Assembly: GCA_902519235.1 (NCBI GenBank)
Contig: CABYJE010000004.1
Coordinates: forward strand, 4,331-68,330
Length of the DNA: 64,000 bases
From: an uncultured Prochlorococcus sp.
Lineage (GTDB): Bacteria; Cyanobacteriota; Cyanobacteriia; PCC-6307; Cyanobiaceae
Direction: 5' to 3'
Shown: positions 53,595 to 64,000 of the stretch, one piece after another
How the letters are laid out: each line of letters starts with the position of its first letter
Position numbering within the stretch: position 1 is the stretch's first letter
Program-made: the position numbers and the translations under genes
The notes under the pieces: generated by a model
The model's input: only the letters and a program-made list of their open reading frames with translations
Told to the model about the DNA's origin: nothing
The model's database searches: none

Positions 53595-55124
53595 ATGCCT
53601 TTAAGAGGACTGGCTAAAGCCAAGAACTTCACATTGGGGCCAACCGCTCCAATGAAAACCTTTACTGAAAATATACATATACAAACTAAAGAATCAAATA
53701 ATTTCCGAAATTCTGGAAAGTCTCATAAATTAACCAATAATATTCAAAATGAAAATCTATTTAGGTATGAAAGCAAAATAAAAAGTGATTTTAACGAAAT
53801 TGTTCCAACTCTCAAGGAAATTGCTCGAATCCAACATCACGAAGATTTTATAAATAAGGCTCAGAAAATATCAAGAAAAAATTTGGGAATAGATTTACCT
53901 CTCCATGTATTAGATAAATCTTGGGTAAAACCTCTTGATATGAGAGCTTTATATGCATGGTGTGCTTTCAAACAGCATGAGAAACTTAGCGATAATTTTT
54001 TTAATAATGATCCACTTAAAGGCGCTGCTGGAAGTAGGGATGCGGAAGATTTTGAAAAATTTCTCTTAGATTGTGGGATACATTTACTTGATATAACTCC
54101 TTGTTCAGATGGAAGGTTAGCTCATTCAATTGCTTATGTAATGAGAATACCTTTTAGTTCAGTAAGAAGAAGATCCCATGCTGGAGCACTGTTTGATATT
54201 GAAAATACTGTTAATCGATGGGTAAAGACTGAACATAAAAGATATAGAGAGAATGTTCCTAATGAAGCTCATAAAGATACCAGGTACTTAAAAGTTGTAA
54301 CCTATCATTTTAGTTCAGTAGATCCTTTACATCAGGGATGCGCAGCTCATGGCAGCAATGACGAGTTAGCTGCAGCAGAAGGTAGAAATAAATTATATGA
54401 TTTCAAAGAAGCTGTAGAGAATAGCTTTTGCTGTGGAGCTTCTGTGGATTTAATGTTAATTGGACTTGATACAGACACTGATTCATTAAAAATACATTTA
54501 TCAACTAGCGATGGCTGTATAGATTTAGAAAAAACTATTTCTACATTAGAAATTTATAATTCAACAATAAACTTTTCAAAAGAGGATGCTGAAAGAGAAA
54601 TTTGCCAGACAATTTCTAAGCAATCATCAAAAGATAAACTCAGTGGACTGGAAAAATTTACATATAAATTAATTGTTAATAATATTTCTCAAATTGATTA
54701 TGTTAAGAGTTTTCATAATGGTTCTTATGAAGATATTGGACATGCAGAGAGGTTTATTGGAGTAGGTATAGGTTTCAAAGAAGTACATCTCAGAAATTTA
54801 ACTTATTTTGCTCATTTAGATACAGTCGAAGAAGGGGCTCCAGATTTAGATGTTGGAGTAAAGATTTTTACTGGATTAAATGTTTCTCAAGATCTACCTA
54901 TTCCGGTAGTAATAAGATTTGATTACTCTGGAAAAGTGCCCGGCGCAAAAGAGAGGGCAATAAATGATTGTGAAAGAGTAAATAATGCGATATCAATTAG
55001 ATATAAAAATTTAGTTGATCAAGGTTTGTTACATACTTGCTCTACTATTAGAGATAGGGACAACATTCATTCCGCCCAAATTATTGGAATGTCTTTAGAT
55101 AAAAAAACAGAGGAGGCTCACTAA
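53595..55124 (+). CDS. csoS3: Carboxysome carbonic anhydrase CsoSCA
   Basis: PCSDGRL, YHFS...GCAAH zinc ligands; operon position. Confidence 0.96.
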   Translation: MPLRGLAKAKNFTLGPTAPMKTFTENIHIQTKESNNFRNSGKSHKLTNNIQNENLFRYESKIKSDFNEIVPTLKEIARIQHHEDFINKAQKISRKNLGIDLPLHVLDKSWVKPLDMRALYAWCAFKQHEKLSDNFFNNDPLKGAAGSRDAEDFEKFLLDCGIHLLDITPCSDGRLAHSIAYVMRIPFSSVRRRSHAGALFDIENTVNRWVKTEHKRYRENVPNEAHKDTRYLKVVTYHFSSVDPLHQGCAAHGSNDELAAAEGRNKLYDFKEAVENSFCCGASVDLMLIGLDTDTDSLKIHLSTSDGCIDLEKTISTLEIYNSTINFSKEDAEREICQTISKQSSKDKLSGLEKFTYKLIVNNISQIDYVKSFHNGSYEDIGHAERFIGVGIGFKEVHLRNLTYFAHLDTVEEGAPDLDVGVKIFTGLNVSQDLPIPVVIRFDYSGKVPGAKERAINDCERVNNAISIRYKNLVDQGLLHTCSTIRDRDNIHSAQIIGMSLDKKTEEAH

Positions 55125-55126
55125 TT

Positions 55127-55378
55127 ATGTTAATTTGCAAGGTTGTAAAACCACTTGTTTCTACCAATAGGATTCCTGGTTTTGAACATAAACATCTGCA
55201 GGTTGTATTAGATGGTTCTTCTAATAAAGTTGCAGTTGATGCTGTTGGCTGTAAGCCAGGAGATTGGGTTATTTGTGTTGGAAGTTCTGCTGCTAGAGAA
55301 GCTGCGGGTAGTAAATCTTATCCAAGTGATTTAACGATTGTTGGAATTATTGATCATTGGGATCCTGACAAGTCATAA
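55127..55378 (+). CDS. csoS4A: Carboxysome vertex pentamer protein A
   Basis: VAVDAVGCKPGDWV...DLTIVGIID; GAGGAGG RBS upstream. Confidence 0.95.
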   Translation: MLICKVVKPLVSTNRIPGFEHKHLQVVLDGSSNKVAVDAVGCKPGDWVICVGSSAAREAAGSKSYPSDLTIVGIIDHWDPDKS

Positions 55379-55395
55379 AAAGGAGGATATAAATT

Positions 55396-55644
55396 GTGGA
55401 AATTATGAAGGTATTAGGAAGGATGGTATGTACTCAAAGAGTTGCTGGCTTAGGTCATATGAATTTAAGAATTTTAGAAAATAATAAAGGAAAGAAATTA
55501 GTTGCTGTTGATCCTGTTGGAGCTAGAGAAGGTAATTGGGTTTTTACTGCTAGTGGCTCTGCCGCTAGATTTGCATGCCCTAATCCAGAAGTTCAAACCG
55601 ATTTAACAATTGGCGGGATTATTGATTATTGGGAGAGTGACTAA
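55396..55644 (+). CDS. csoS4B: Carboxysome vertex pentamer protein B
   Basis: VAVDPVGAREGNWV...TDLTIGGIID; AGGAGG at 55381-55386 before the GTG. Confidence 0.95.
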   Translation: MEIMKVLGRMVCTQRVAGLGHMNLRILENNKGKKLVAVDPVGAREGNWVFTASGSAARFACPNPEVQTDLTIGGIIDYWESD

Positions 55645-55718
55645 AAATTTTATCTTCAAAAATTTATAGAGAAACTTTGTTGAAGGTATAGTGTAATTAG
55701 TCTTGAATAAAGAATGTA

Positions 55719-55958
55719 ATGTGGAATGAAAGAGAATCACCTTTGAGAATTGAAAAAAGATTTGAATTTGATCAATACTCAAAAATTAGTAAATTCATAG
55801 AGGAAATTGAGAAATTATGTAAAGAAAGAGATATCTATCCAAATATTAGCTTTGGCAAGAACTTTGTAAGTCTTTCAATATTTTTAGATAATAAAGAAAT
55901 ATCAGACAAAGAAAAAGACTTTTCAATTGAAATTGATAAATTTTATTTAGAAGATTAG
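55719..55958 (+). CDS. Pterin-4a-carbinolamine dehydratase-like protein (acRAF/Raf2-type RuBisCO assembly factor)
   Basis: W...RIEKRFEF...YPNISFG PCD-like fold without the catalytic HHP; follows csoS4B. Confidence 0.75.
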   Translation: MWNERESPLRIEKRFEFDQYSKISKFIEEIEKLCKERDIYPNISFGKNFVSLSIFLDNKEISDKEKDFSIEIDKFYLED

Positions 55959-55964
55959 TACTTT

Positions 55965-56192
55965 TTAATAATTATTTGGCTTAGCAATATCTCTTTTGAT
56001 TAAAGCCATTAAATATGTTGGAGCTTTATATCTTCCAGGTAGACATCTATTTAGAGTTTCAAGATGACTCCAACACACTGTCTTTTCAATATCTTTAACT
56101 GAGTTTCCCTTTAAAATTAATAGTCTAAGAGCTTTGCAAAATAAAGGATAACCTGCTTCTAGTTCATCTATATTAAGCTTTGCTGCTGACAT
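55965..56192 (-). CDS. Conserved picocyanobacterial protein (DUF3136-like)
   Basis: ELEAGYPLFCKALR...TVCW..LETL..CLP.RYKAP pattern. Confidence 0.75.
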   Translation of the reverse strand: MSAAKLNIDELEAGYPLFCKALRLLILKGNSVKDIEKTVCWSHLETLNRCLPGRYKAPTYLMALIKRDIAKPNNY

Positions 56193-56277
56193 AGATCAAA
56201 GATGAATCATCAAATAATAATCTATACAACTATGGTGCACAATTGGTTCATATTTCAAATTTCTCAATAATTAGAAA

Positions 56278-56670
56278 TTAATCTAGAAATGCGACGCAAT
56301 CTATTTCAACTAAAACTCCTTTTGGTAAAGATGAAACTTCTACACAGGCCCTTGCTGGAGGATTCTCTATATTAAAAAAATCACTATATATTTTATTGAC
56401 AATTTGAAAATTACTCAAGTCTGTTAAATAAATAGTTGTTTTTATTACATCCTCTATTTTGGCTCCACCAGCTTTAAGAACTTCTGCGAGATTTTTTAAA
56501 ACTTGAATAGTTTCCTGCTCTATATCTCCTAAACATGTTATTTCATTTAAAGCAGGGTCTATGGCAATTTGACCAGAACAATATATAAAATCCCCAGCTT
56601 TTATAGCTTGATTATAAGGTCCTACTGGATCTGGAGCATTTGATGTTTTAATTACTTGTTTGGAAGACAT
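56278..56670 (-). CDS. RidA/YjgF family enamine deaminase
   Basis: APDPVGPYNQA, SGQI, PPARACV, LPKGVLVEID. Confidence 0.93.
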   Translation of the reverse strand: MSSKQVIKTSNAPDPVGPYNQAIKAGDFIYCSGQIAIDPALNEITCLGDIEQETIQVLKNLAEVLKAGGAKIEDVIKTTIYLTDLSNFQIVNKIYSDFFNIENPPARACVEVSSLPKGVLVEIDCVAFLD

Positions 56671-56694
56671 TTGTTTGAAAAGATACCTATCTAT

Positions 56695-57435
56695 TTAAAC
56701 CCATAAATCTTTATTTGTTCTTAAAAAAATAAATTCTTCTAAATTTTTTGCTCTTAAGAAAAGGTTTATTTTCATCTCTTCATCAAGTAAAAATGGAATT
56801 GTCAATTCATTAAGAGAAAGTTTTTTTTCAACTTCCGAAAGTTTATTTTTGATATCTTGATCTTCTGGCTTGAGATTCAATGCCCACAATATATTTGCCT
56901 TTGTATATTCATGTGCACAATATATCAGAGTATTTTTTGGTAAAGATTTGATTCTTTCTAGTGAAGAATACATTTGTTGATAAGTTCCCTCAAAAATTCT
57001 TCCACACCCTCCAGAAAATAATGTGTCACCAATAAAAAGAACAGGATTTTCACTATTCAAAAAGAAGGCAATATGTGAGCTTGTATGTCCTAATACTTCA
57101 ATTATTTTTACTTCTTCACCTAAAATATTCAAATTTTCTCCATCTTCTACAGATACATTTTGAAAAGGTATTCGTTTTTTTTCTTTGGAGGAAGCAATTA
57201 CTTTTACATTAGGCCATTTTTCAATAAGAGACTTCGTCCCTCCAATATGGTCTGAATGATGATGAGTTTGCAAAATAGCTTCTAAGTGAAAATTGTTTTC
57301 ATTTATATATCTAATAACTGGTTCGTGAATAGATGGATCTATAACTACAACGGATTTATCTTTTACCAACAACCAAATGACGTTATCACTTAAAACTCTA
57401 AGTCCGATTATATTTCGAGCTTTATTTAAATCCAT
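56695..57435 (-). CDS. gloB: Hydroxyacylglutathione hydrolase (glyoxalase II); start trimmed to ATG 57435
   Basis: [30 protein letters not shown]; the longer ORF would overlap hisG. Confidence 0.93.
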   Translation of the reverse strand: MDLNKARNIIGLRVLSDNVIWLLVKDKSVVVIDPSIHEPVIRYINENNFHLEAILQTHHHSDHIGGTKSLIEKWPNVKVIASSKEKKRIPFQNVSVEDGENLNILGEEVKIIEVLGHTSSHIAFFLNSENPVLFIGDTLFSGGCGRIFEGTYQQMYSSLERIKSLPKNTLIYCAHEYTKANILWALNLKPEDQDIKNKLSEVEKKLSLNELTIPFLLDEEMKINLFLRAKNLEEFIFLRTNKDLWV

Positions 57436-57475
57436 TGTTAACTTAGAATGAAGAATCCTTGGAAGAAATTGATCT

Positions 57476-58114
57476 ATGTTTACTATAGCTTTACCAAAAG
57501 GAGCTCTGTTAAAAGATTCAATTTCAACTTTTAAAAGAGCTGGGTTAGATTTCTCTGATGCTTTGGACGAAAATAATAGATCATTAACATTTGAATCAAA
57601 TTGCAAACGGGCAAAAGCTTTATTAGTAAGAAATGGAGATGTGCCTGTTTATGTAAGTTATGGTCAGGCTGATTTGGGTATTGTTGGGTATGACGTTTTA
57701 CGAGAATCTGAATTAAAAGTCGCAAAGTTATTAGATTTAGGATTTGGTGGTTGTCATATGTCGTTGGCTGTTAAGAAAAATAGCAATTATTCAAAACCAA
57801 CTGATCTTCCAGCGAATTGCAAAGTAGCCAGTAAATTTATAAAAACAGCAAGGTCTTATTTTGAAGAATTAAATATTCCTGTAGAAATAGTTCATTTGAC
57901 AGGATCAGTTGAGCTTGGTCCTATTACAGGTATGGCAGAGGCAATAGTTGATTTGGTGGCAACTGGAAAGACTCTTAAAGAGAATGGTTTAATTAAAATA
58001 GACGATCTTTATTACTCTACTGCAAGACTAATTGGAAATCCTTTATCTATGAGGTTAGATGATAATCATCTCAGAGATACTATTTTATCAATAGAATCAA
58101 CTAATGCTTTATAG
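57476..58114 (+). CDS. hisG: ATP phosphoribosyltransferase, short form
   Basis: [40 protein letters not shown]. Confidence 0.97.
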   Translation: MFTIALPKGALLKDSISTFKRAGLDFSDALDENNRSLTFESNCKRAKALLVRNGDVPVYVSYGQADLGIVGYDVLRESELKVAKLLDLGFGGCHMSLAVKKNSNYSKPTDLPANCKVASKFIKTARSYFEELNIPVEIVHLTGSVELGPITGMAEAIVDLVATGKTLKENGLIKIDDLYYSTARLIGNPLSMRLDDNHLRDTILSIESTNAL

Positions 58115-58126
58115 AAGATTAGCTAA

Positions 58127-59923
58127 ATGTTTTTTAAAGATTTTAGAAGGATTAAAAAGTTAGGTAAATATTTAACTAAAGATAAAAAAACAATCTATCT
58201 AATCTTGATAGTTTTGTTACCTGTTTCTTTCTCTGGTGCTATTCAACCATTATTAGTTGGTCAAGCAATTACTATTCTAAAAAACGAAACTACAGATGTT
58301 TGGCTAAGTAAAACTTTCTTTGGGCAGTCAATAAATGCCATAATCCTAACTTTACTTATAACTGTATTATTTAGATTAGTTCTGCAGGGATACCAAACTT
58401 ACAATATCCAAGCGGTGGGACAACGTTTGACAGCAAGAATAAGAAGAGAACTTTTTGATCATTCAATATCTTTATCTCTTAAGTATCACGATAAAATGCC
58501 AGTGGGTAAATTATTAACGAGATTAACAAATGATGTTGATGCTTTAGCCGAGGTTTTTGGGAGTGGGGCAGTTGGAGTTATTGCTGACTTCGTCAGTTTG
58601 ATAGTAATTTCTTTGACAATGCTGTCAATTGATAGAGGGCTTGCCATTTTATTACTTTTGACTCAAATCCCAGTTTCATATTTTATTATCTGGCTTCAAA
58701 AACGTTATAGAAGAGCCAATTATCAAGTAAGGGAAGAATTGTCTCAACTCAACTCTGATTTTCAAGAGAATCTTCAAGGTTTAGAAGTTGTTCAGATGTT
58801 CAGAAGAGAGGCTTTTAATAGCAAGAAATTTTCCAAAACTGGAGTTGCCTATAAGAAAGCAGTTAATGGAACAATATTTTATGACAGTAGCATTTCGGCT
58901 TTTATTGAATGGATTTCTCTGGCTGCAGTTTCCTTGGTTTTGGCAGTTGGAGGATATCTTGTTACTTCCGGCAATATTGGTTTAGGGACATTAACAACTT
59001 TTATTTTATATTCCCAAAGACTTTTTGAACCTTTAAGACAGCTTGCAGAAAGATTTACTCAGATACAAGGAGGTTTAACAGCTGTAGAGAGAATAAATGA
59101 ATTATTGGATGAAGAAATACAGATTAAGGACTCTATCTCCGCAAAGAAATTTTTAGAAAATACTAAAAAGGTAAATAAGAAATTTAAGGGCAAAATTGAG
59201 TTCAAGAATGTTAATTTTTTCTATAACGAAGGAGAACATATCATAAAGAATTTATCCTTCATGATTAATCCAGGAGAGCATGTGGCTTTTGTAGGTCCAA
59301 CTGGTTCAGGTAAGACTACGATAATAAGACTTTTATGTAGATTGTATGAACCTCAATCAGGCCAAATTTTAATCGATGATGTAGATATAAAGGATATTCC
59401 TATTGCAACGCTAAGAAATATGTTGGGAGTAGTTTTGCAGGATACCTTTATCTTTAGTGGAAATGTCGCAGATAATTTGAAATTAAATTCGAATTTAGAC
59501 AATCTTGAATTAGAGAATCTTTGTCACGAATTAGGGTTAGATAATTTGTTAAAAAAATTACCAGAAGGTTTGAATACCTTATTAAGAGAAAGAGGTGGGA
59601 ATCTCTCTTCTGGAGAGAGGCAACTTCTTTCAGTAGCTCGAGTAGCAATAAGAAATCCTATTGTTTTAATAATGGACGAAGCAACAGCATTTATGGATCC
59701 ATCTACAGAGGCTACTTTGCAGAAAGATCTTGAGAGAATTTTGTCAAAAAGAACAGCTTTAGTAATAGCTCACAGATTAGCAACTATTGAAAGTTCTGAT
59801 AAGATTTTAGTCTTAAAAGGGGGATCATTAGTTGAAGAAGGAACACATAATGAATTGAGACTGAAAAAGGGTTTATATTTTCAGCTTTCTGAGCTTCAAC
59901 AAAAAGGATTCGCAAATTTTTAA
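58127..59923 (+). CDS. ABC exporter, fused permease/ATPase (MdlB-like)
   Basis: Six-TM domain, GPTGSGKT, LSSGERQ, IMDEAT, IAHRL. Confidence 0.93.
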   Translation: MFFKDFRRIKKLGKYLTKDKKTIYLILIVLLPVSFSGAIQPLLVGQAITILKNETTDVWLSKTFFGQSINAIILTLLITVLFRLVLQGYQTYNIQAVGQRLTARIRRELFDHSISLSLKYHDKMPVGKLLTRLTNDVDALAEVFGSGAVGVIADFVSLIVISLTMLSIDRGLAILLLLTQIPVSYFIIWLQKRYRRANYQVREELSQLNSDFQENLQGLEVVQMFRREAFNSKKFSKTGVAYKKAVNGTIFYDSSISAFIEWISLAAVSLVLAVGGYLVTSGNIGLGTLTTFILYSQRLFEPLRQLAERFTQIQGGLTAVERINELLDEEIQIKDSISAKKFLENTKKVNKKFKGKIEFKNVNFFYNEGEHIIKNLSFMINPGEHVAFVGPTGSGKTTIIRLLCRLYEPQSGQILIDDVDIKDIPIATLRNMLGVVLQDTFIFSGNVADNLKLNSNLDNLELENLCHELGLDNLLKKLPEGLNTLLRERGGNLSSGERQLLSVARVAIRNPIVLIMDEATAFMDPSTEATLQKDLERILSKRTALVIAHRLATIESSDKILVLKGGSLVEEGTHNELRLKKGLYFQLSELQQKGFANF

Positions 59924-60453
59924 TGATTTTTAGAAACCAAGGGTCCTTAATAAAAAAATCAAACAGCATATCTAGAGATGAGCTGATAGATCTTTATGGT
60001 TTAAATTCTTATGAGTTCACTCAAACAAATAATGATGAAATATTTGTATGTAGTAAAAATAAAGATTTAGATTTAATTGAACTAGATCAACTTTTGCAAA
60101 CTGTTGGTTGGAGCAGAAGGCCTATAAGGAGAGTGAAAAGAGCCTTGGATTTCAGTATTTTGGTGGTTGGGTTATGGCGTCATGATGATAAATTCCCTAG
60201 ACTTGTAGGATTTGCAAGATGCACTGGCGATGGGATTCTAGAAGCAACAATTTGGGATGTAGCTATTAACCCTGTCTACCAAGGAAATGGATTAGGGAAA
60301 GAGTTAATGAAATATATCCTAAGAGAATTAAAAAATATTGGAATTTCTAAAGTAACTCTTTTTGCTGATGCTGAAGTGGTTTCATTTTATAAAAGACAAG
60401 GTTGGGTATTAGAACCAAGAGGATCTAAATGTGCTTTTTGGTATGCAAATTAA
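59923..60453 (+). CDS. GNAT acetyltransferase (Ycf52-like)
   Basis: VGWSRRP, LVGFAR, WDVAINPVYQGNGLG, FYKRQGW. Confidence 0.9.
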   Translation: MIFRNQGSLIKKSNSISRDELIDLYGLNSYEFTQTNNDEIFVCSKNKDLDLIELDQLLQTVGWSRRPIRRVKRALDFSILVVGLWRHDDKFPRLVGFARCTGDGILEATIWDVAINPVYQGNGLGKELMKYILRELKNIGISKVTLFADAEVVSFYKRQGWVLEPRGSKCAFWYAN

Positions 60454-61136
60454 TCATTTTTATAGTAGTCAGAATATATAGATTTTAACGATTCCCCTTT
60501 TAACCATCTTCTTCTAAAGTGCCAGTTCCTGATTGCTTGGAGAAAAATATTAGTTCTTTCCCATTTTCTTGAACTTATAAAAATAGGTAAATTTAATTGT
60601 CTTAAATATCTTTTATTATTTAATCTCCTTAAAAATTCTACATCTTCCATTAAAGGTATCTTTTTAAAACCATTATTCTTAAAATAAGTATTTCTATGGA
60701 TTATTAAACCTTGATCACCATATGGTTGTTTAAAAAATTTACTTCTAAAATTTACAAAAACTTCGAGGATTCTATAAATAATATTTTTGTTATTAATTTT
60801 AAATTTAAAATAGTAAATATAATTATTGTCCCCATTTAAAACTGAATTTATTTTCCTAAACCAATTTTCAGTTAATCTTGTGTCTGCATGCAAAAACATT
60901 AGCCAGTCTCCTTTTGAATTCTTAGCACCAATATTTAGTTGTAAACCGCGATTTTTTTCTTTAGATTTATATACTTTTGCTCCATAAATATTAGCTACAT
61001 CAATAGTCTTATCTTCACTTCCACAATCAACAACTATAATTTCCCCCTGTTTCTGAATACTTGATAAGTCTGAAAGTAATAATGGCAAATTATTAGCTTC
61101 ATTGATAGTTGGAATGATAATTGAGATTTTAGACAA
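60450..61136 (-). CDS. Family 2 glycosyltransferase (TIGR04283-like)
   Basis: IIIPTINEA, VVDCGSED, FLHAD, PYGDQG, LMEDVE, SSRKW. Confidence 0.88.
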   Translation of the reverse strand: MSKISIIIPTINEANNLPLLLSDLSSIQKQGEIIVVDCGSEDKTIDVANIYGAKVYKSKEKNRGLQLNIGAKNSKGDWLMFLHADTRLTENWFRKINSVLNGDNNYIYYFKFKINNKNIIYRILEVFVNFRSKFFKQPYGDQGLIIHRNTYFKNNGFKKIPLMEDVEFLRRLNNKRYLRQLNLPIFISSRKWERTNIFLQAIRNWHFRRRWLKGESLKSIYSDYYKND

Positions 61137-61141
61137 TTCGA

Positions 61142-61777
61142 TTATTTTATATTTTCAATATCAAATATTGTATCTATATCTATTTTTTTATCTAATAACT
61201 TATATTTCAATTTTGTAGAAGCAAAATTATCAATTGTATTTTGAAGAACATTTTCGGAACCCCACTTAATATTGATAAAAGGTAAATATATTTGCGATGA
61301 CAATATTTTTTCTGATAAACCAATAAGCCAATATCCTCCATCATTAGATGGTCCTAAAATAAGATCATTTTGTTGAAGCTCTTTTAGAGTATTCAATAAA
61401 TCTTGATGGCACAAATCTGGTAGGTCTGTGCCAATAAAAATAATATTTTTGATCTTATTTCTAGCACAAAATTTTTTGTTGATAATTATTTGCCTCTTCA
61501 TTTTTTCTCCCAAGCAACCCTTCCCCTGTAAATTAAATTTTTTGATGCCTAATTCTCTAGACCATCTTTGACAATTTCCTATCCCCAAACCAGATATAGC
61601 CATCGAAATATCAATCAGTTTATTTTCTTGGAGGAATTTTGCGACTGAAATGGTGTGTTTGGTCATCACACTTTGTACTTTCGCCGAATTACTTTTACCA
61701 ATATCTTTTGATAATCTCGTTTTACATCTTCCAAAACCATGCCATTTTGCCATGATAATAAGTAATGCTTTATCCAA
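61142..61777 (-). CDS. DUF2064/TIGR04282-like nucleotidyl- or glycosyl-transferase (start trimmed to TTG 61777)
   Basis: MAK...GRCKTRL, QGKGCLGEKM, IGTDLP, LGPSNDGGYWLIG, DID. Confidence 0.85.
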   Translation of the reverse strand: MDKALLIIMAKWHGFGRCKTRLSKDIGKSNSAKVQSVMTKHTISVAKFLQENKLIDISMAISGLGIGNCQRWSRELGIKKFNLQGKGCLGEKMKRQIIINKKFCARNKIKNIIFIGTDLPDLCHQDLLNTLKELQQNDLILGPSNDGGYWLIGLSEKILSSQIYLPFINIKWGSENVLQNTIDNFASTKLKYKLLDKKIDIDTIFDIENIK

Positions 61778-61946
61778 TACTTTAGGAATGTTTAAAATAA
61801 TTATATGCCTATTAAAAAAATTTAAATTTTTTATGATAAATTTAGTCGATGCTTTGTTAAATAGTTTTAAATTTGTTGTGATCTTGTGATTTGACAATGG
61901 CCAATTATTAAATTCCAACTAGATTAATAATCTAGAGAATAAAACT

Positions 61947-63341
61947 TTGCAAGCAACTAATCCTATTTGGGCGGAAGTTCAACAATTACTCCAAAAAACT
62001 TTAAGTAAGCCTTCATTTGAGACATGGATAAGGCCTGCTAAATTTAATTGTTTTGAAAATGGCTTATTAACTTTAATCGCTCCAAATACATTTTCTAGTG
62101 ATTGGTTAAGAAAGAATTATTGTAAAACTATTGAAAAAGCTGCAAAGGAAATCTGCGGTCATGATGTAAAAGTTGTTTTTAAATCTGAAACGAATACCAG
62201 TAGTGATTTAACAAATGATGATAAACCTAACGAACAGAACGTTCATCATAAAACAAGATCTTTTTCTAATAATAACCAAAATAATTCTTCAAAAAATCAT
62301 TTCAAAAATCCTAATGGTTTAAATTTACGCTACGTATTTAAAAGATTTGTTGTAGGTCCAAATAGTAGGTTGGCTCATGCCGCAGCTTTAGCCGTTGCCG
62401 AATCTCCTGGGAGAGAATTCAACCCATTATTTATTTGTGGAGGAGTAGGTCTTGGTAAGACTCATCTAATGCAAGCAATAGGTCATTATCGAGTAGAAAT
62501 AGATCCAGAGGTAAAAGTTAAATATGTATCAACAGAGACTTTTACAAATGATGTTATTAGTGGTATTCGAAGAGATGGAATGACAGCTATTCGAGATAAA
62601 TATAGAAATGTAGATTTGATTTTAATAGATGATATACAGTTCTTAGAAGGCAAAGAGTATACACAGGAAGAATTCTTTCATACTTTTAACGCTCTTCACG
62701 AATCAGGAAGTCAAATAGTTATTGCAAGTGACAGACCACCAAATCAATTGTCAGGTATTCAAGAAAGATTAATTTCTAGGTTCTCAATGGGTATGACCGC
62801 AGATATTCAACCCCCTGACCTTGAGACGAGGACAGCTATCCTTCAAAAAAAGGCAGAACAAGAGAGTATGAATCTTCCAAGAGATTTAATTCAATTTATA
62901 GCAGGAAGATTCACTTCCAATATTCGAGAGTTGGAAGGAGCATTTACTAGAGCTGTTGCATTTGCATCAATAACAGGCTTGCCAATGACAGTCCAATCAA
63001 TTGCTCCAATGCTTGATCCAAATAGTGTTGGAGTTGTTGTTACTCCAAAACAAGTTATTAATAAAGTGTCAGATTTCTTTAAAGTTTCTACTGATGAATT
63101 GATCAGTTCAAGTAGGAGAAAACCAGTAAGTCAAGCTAGGCAAATAGGTATGTATCTTATGAGACATGGGACGGATCTAAGCCTACCAAGAATTGGAGAC
63201 GAGTTTGGAGGAAAGGACCATACAACAGTTATGTATGCTATTGAACAAGTTGAAAAAAAATTATCTATTGATCCAAATATTGCAAGTCAAGTTCAAAAAA
63301 TAAGAGATTTACTCCAAATAGATTCAAGAAAAAATTTATAG
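61947..63341 (+). CDS. dnaA: Chromosomal replication initiator protein
   Basis: [47 protein letters not shown]. Confidence 0.99.
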   Translation: MQATNPIWAEVQQLLQKTLSKPSFETWIRPAKFNCFENGLLTLIAPNTFSSDWLRKNYCKTIEKAAKEICGHDVKVVFKSETNTSSDLTNDDKPNEQNVHHKTRSFSNNNQNNSSKNHFKNPNGLNLRYVFKRFVVGPNSRLAHAAALAVAESPGREFNPLFICGGVGLGKTHLMQAIGHYRVEIDPEVKVKYVSTETFTNDVISGIRRDGMTAIRDKYRNVDLILIDDIQFLEGKEYTQEEFFHTFNALHESGSQIVIASDRPPNQLSGIQERLISRFSMGMTADIQPPDLETRTAILQKKAEQESMNLPRDLIQFIAGRFTSNIRELEGAFTRAVAFASITGLPMTVQSIAPMLDPNSVGVVVTPKQVINKVSDFFKVSTDELISSSRRKPVSQARQIGMYLMRHGTDLSLPRIGDEFGGKDHTTVMYAIEQVEKKLSIDPNIASQVQKIRDLLQIDSRKNL

Positions 63342-63349
63342 TTTTACTA

Positions 63350-64000
63350 TTAAATAGAAATGAAATTTATAGGATCTTGATCATATCTATGCCTGAAAGG
63401 TATCTTATCTATTTTGTTGTTACTACATAGCGATTCAATTTTATTTAATGATTGCCTTAATAACCTTGCTGAAATAATTGGCATATCTCTTGGAACTGAG
63501 ATTCTATTTTTTAAGTATCTTAGAGAGATTCCTGAAAGTTTTTTTGGGATTAATACTTCACCTATGATCATATAACTCAAAGCTGATCTCAATGATTCGT
63601 CAAAGGATTCTTTATTGTATGGATTTACCTTTAGTAAATTGTCTTTATGCTTTATCACTCTTTTAAGAGCAATTTTTGCGAAATATTTTGACTCATAATT
63701 TTGATTTAATTCATAATTACCTAGACCCTCCCCATTATCTATAAGCTTAGAGAAAGTAATCTGTTGTTCATTGCTTTCTGTATAGCATCCTCCCATTTGT
63801 GGGGGTAAATCATGAGAATGAGTATGAAAATCTCCTTGAGTTCCTCTATAAGCACTTGTCCCTTCAAAAAGGGTAAGCCAGTTATCTACATGACGGTAAT
63901 TAGATCTTAAATTAAACCCTTTATAATAAATCAGAGATGCATTCATTCTCTCCATATATGGAATAAAAATTATATCTCCAACACCAGGCTCTATATCACC
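63350..64000 (-). CDS. Glutathione S-transferase family protein, C-terminal part, runs off the window end
   Basis: Frame is open to 64000 (GDIEPGVGDIIFIPYMERMNASL); TQGDFHTHSHDLPPQMGGC and RISVPRDMP motifs. Confidence 0.75.
   Translation of the reverse strand, partial: GDIEPGVGDIIFIPYMERMNASLIYYKGFNLRSNYRHVDNWLTLFEGTSAYRGTQGDFHTHSHDLPPQMGGCYTESNEQQITFSKLIDNGEGLGNYELNQNYESKYFAKIALKRVIKHKDNLLKVNPYNKESFDESLRSALSYMIIGEVLIPKKLSGISLRYLKNRISVPRDMPIISARLLRQSLNKIESLCSNNKIDKIPFRHRYDQDPINFISI

Noticed and set aside
57436-57606. N-terminal extension of gloB overlapping hisG
   Set aside because: Artifact of longest-ORF calling; the ATG at 57435 gives a normal-length enzyme. The same applies to the extensions at 61778-61918 and 36706-36747
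61778-61946. oriC next to dnaA
   Set aside because: No TTATCCACA-type DnaA box cluster seen, and dnaN is not adjacent

Overview
A very AT-rich, gene-dense window of core chromosome from a marine picocyanobacterium, most likely a high-light Prochlorococcus marinus, running from hemC to just past dnaA. It carries housekeeping genes (sigA, priA, argB, purA, proS, tal, frr, pyrH, ilvB, trpF, hisG, dnaA), cobalamin and tetrapyrrole genes (cobK, cobO, hemH, por, chlLBN), the alkane pathway (ado-aar-accA) and the complete alpha-carboxysome locus (csoS1D, ham1, csoS1-rbcL-rbcS-csoS2-csoSCA-csoS4A-csoS4B, PCD-like chaperone). I found no tRNA, rRNA, CRISPR array, IS element or prophage. Four signals are not explained by standard annotation. 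(1) A GC-rich, multi-stem structured element at about 48697-48765, upstream of the carboxysome operon, displays a 14-mer (TTGAACATTCCACA) that recurs exactly in the csoS1 leader; a related T(T/C)CACATTT motif lies in front of csoS1, rbcS and csoS2, suggesting an RNA-based regulator of the carboxysome operon. (2) The pgeF gene appears to need a non-canonical ATT start behind a perfect Shine-Dalgarno sequence. (3) Two small bitopic coiled-coil proteins look like divergent FtsL and FtsB. (4) An intact orphan XisA-like tyrosine recombinase and an excisionase-like HTH protein sit among core genes. Product calls come from motif recognition and gene order only; no database search was run.
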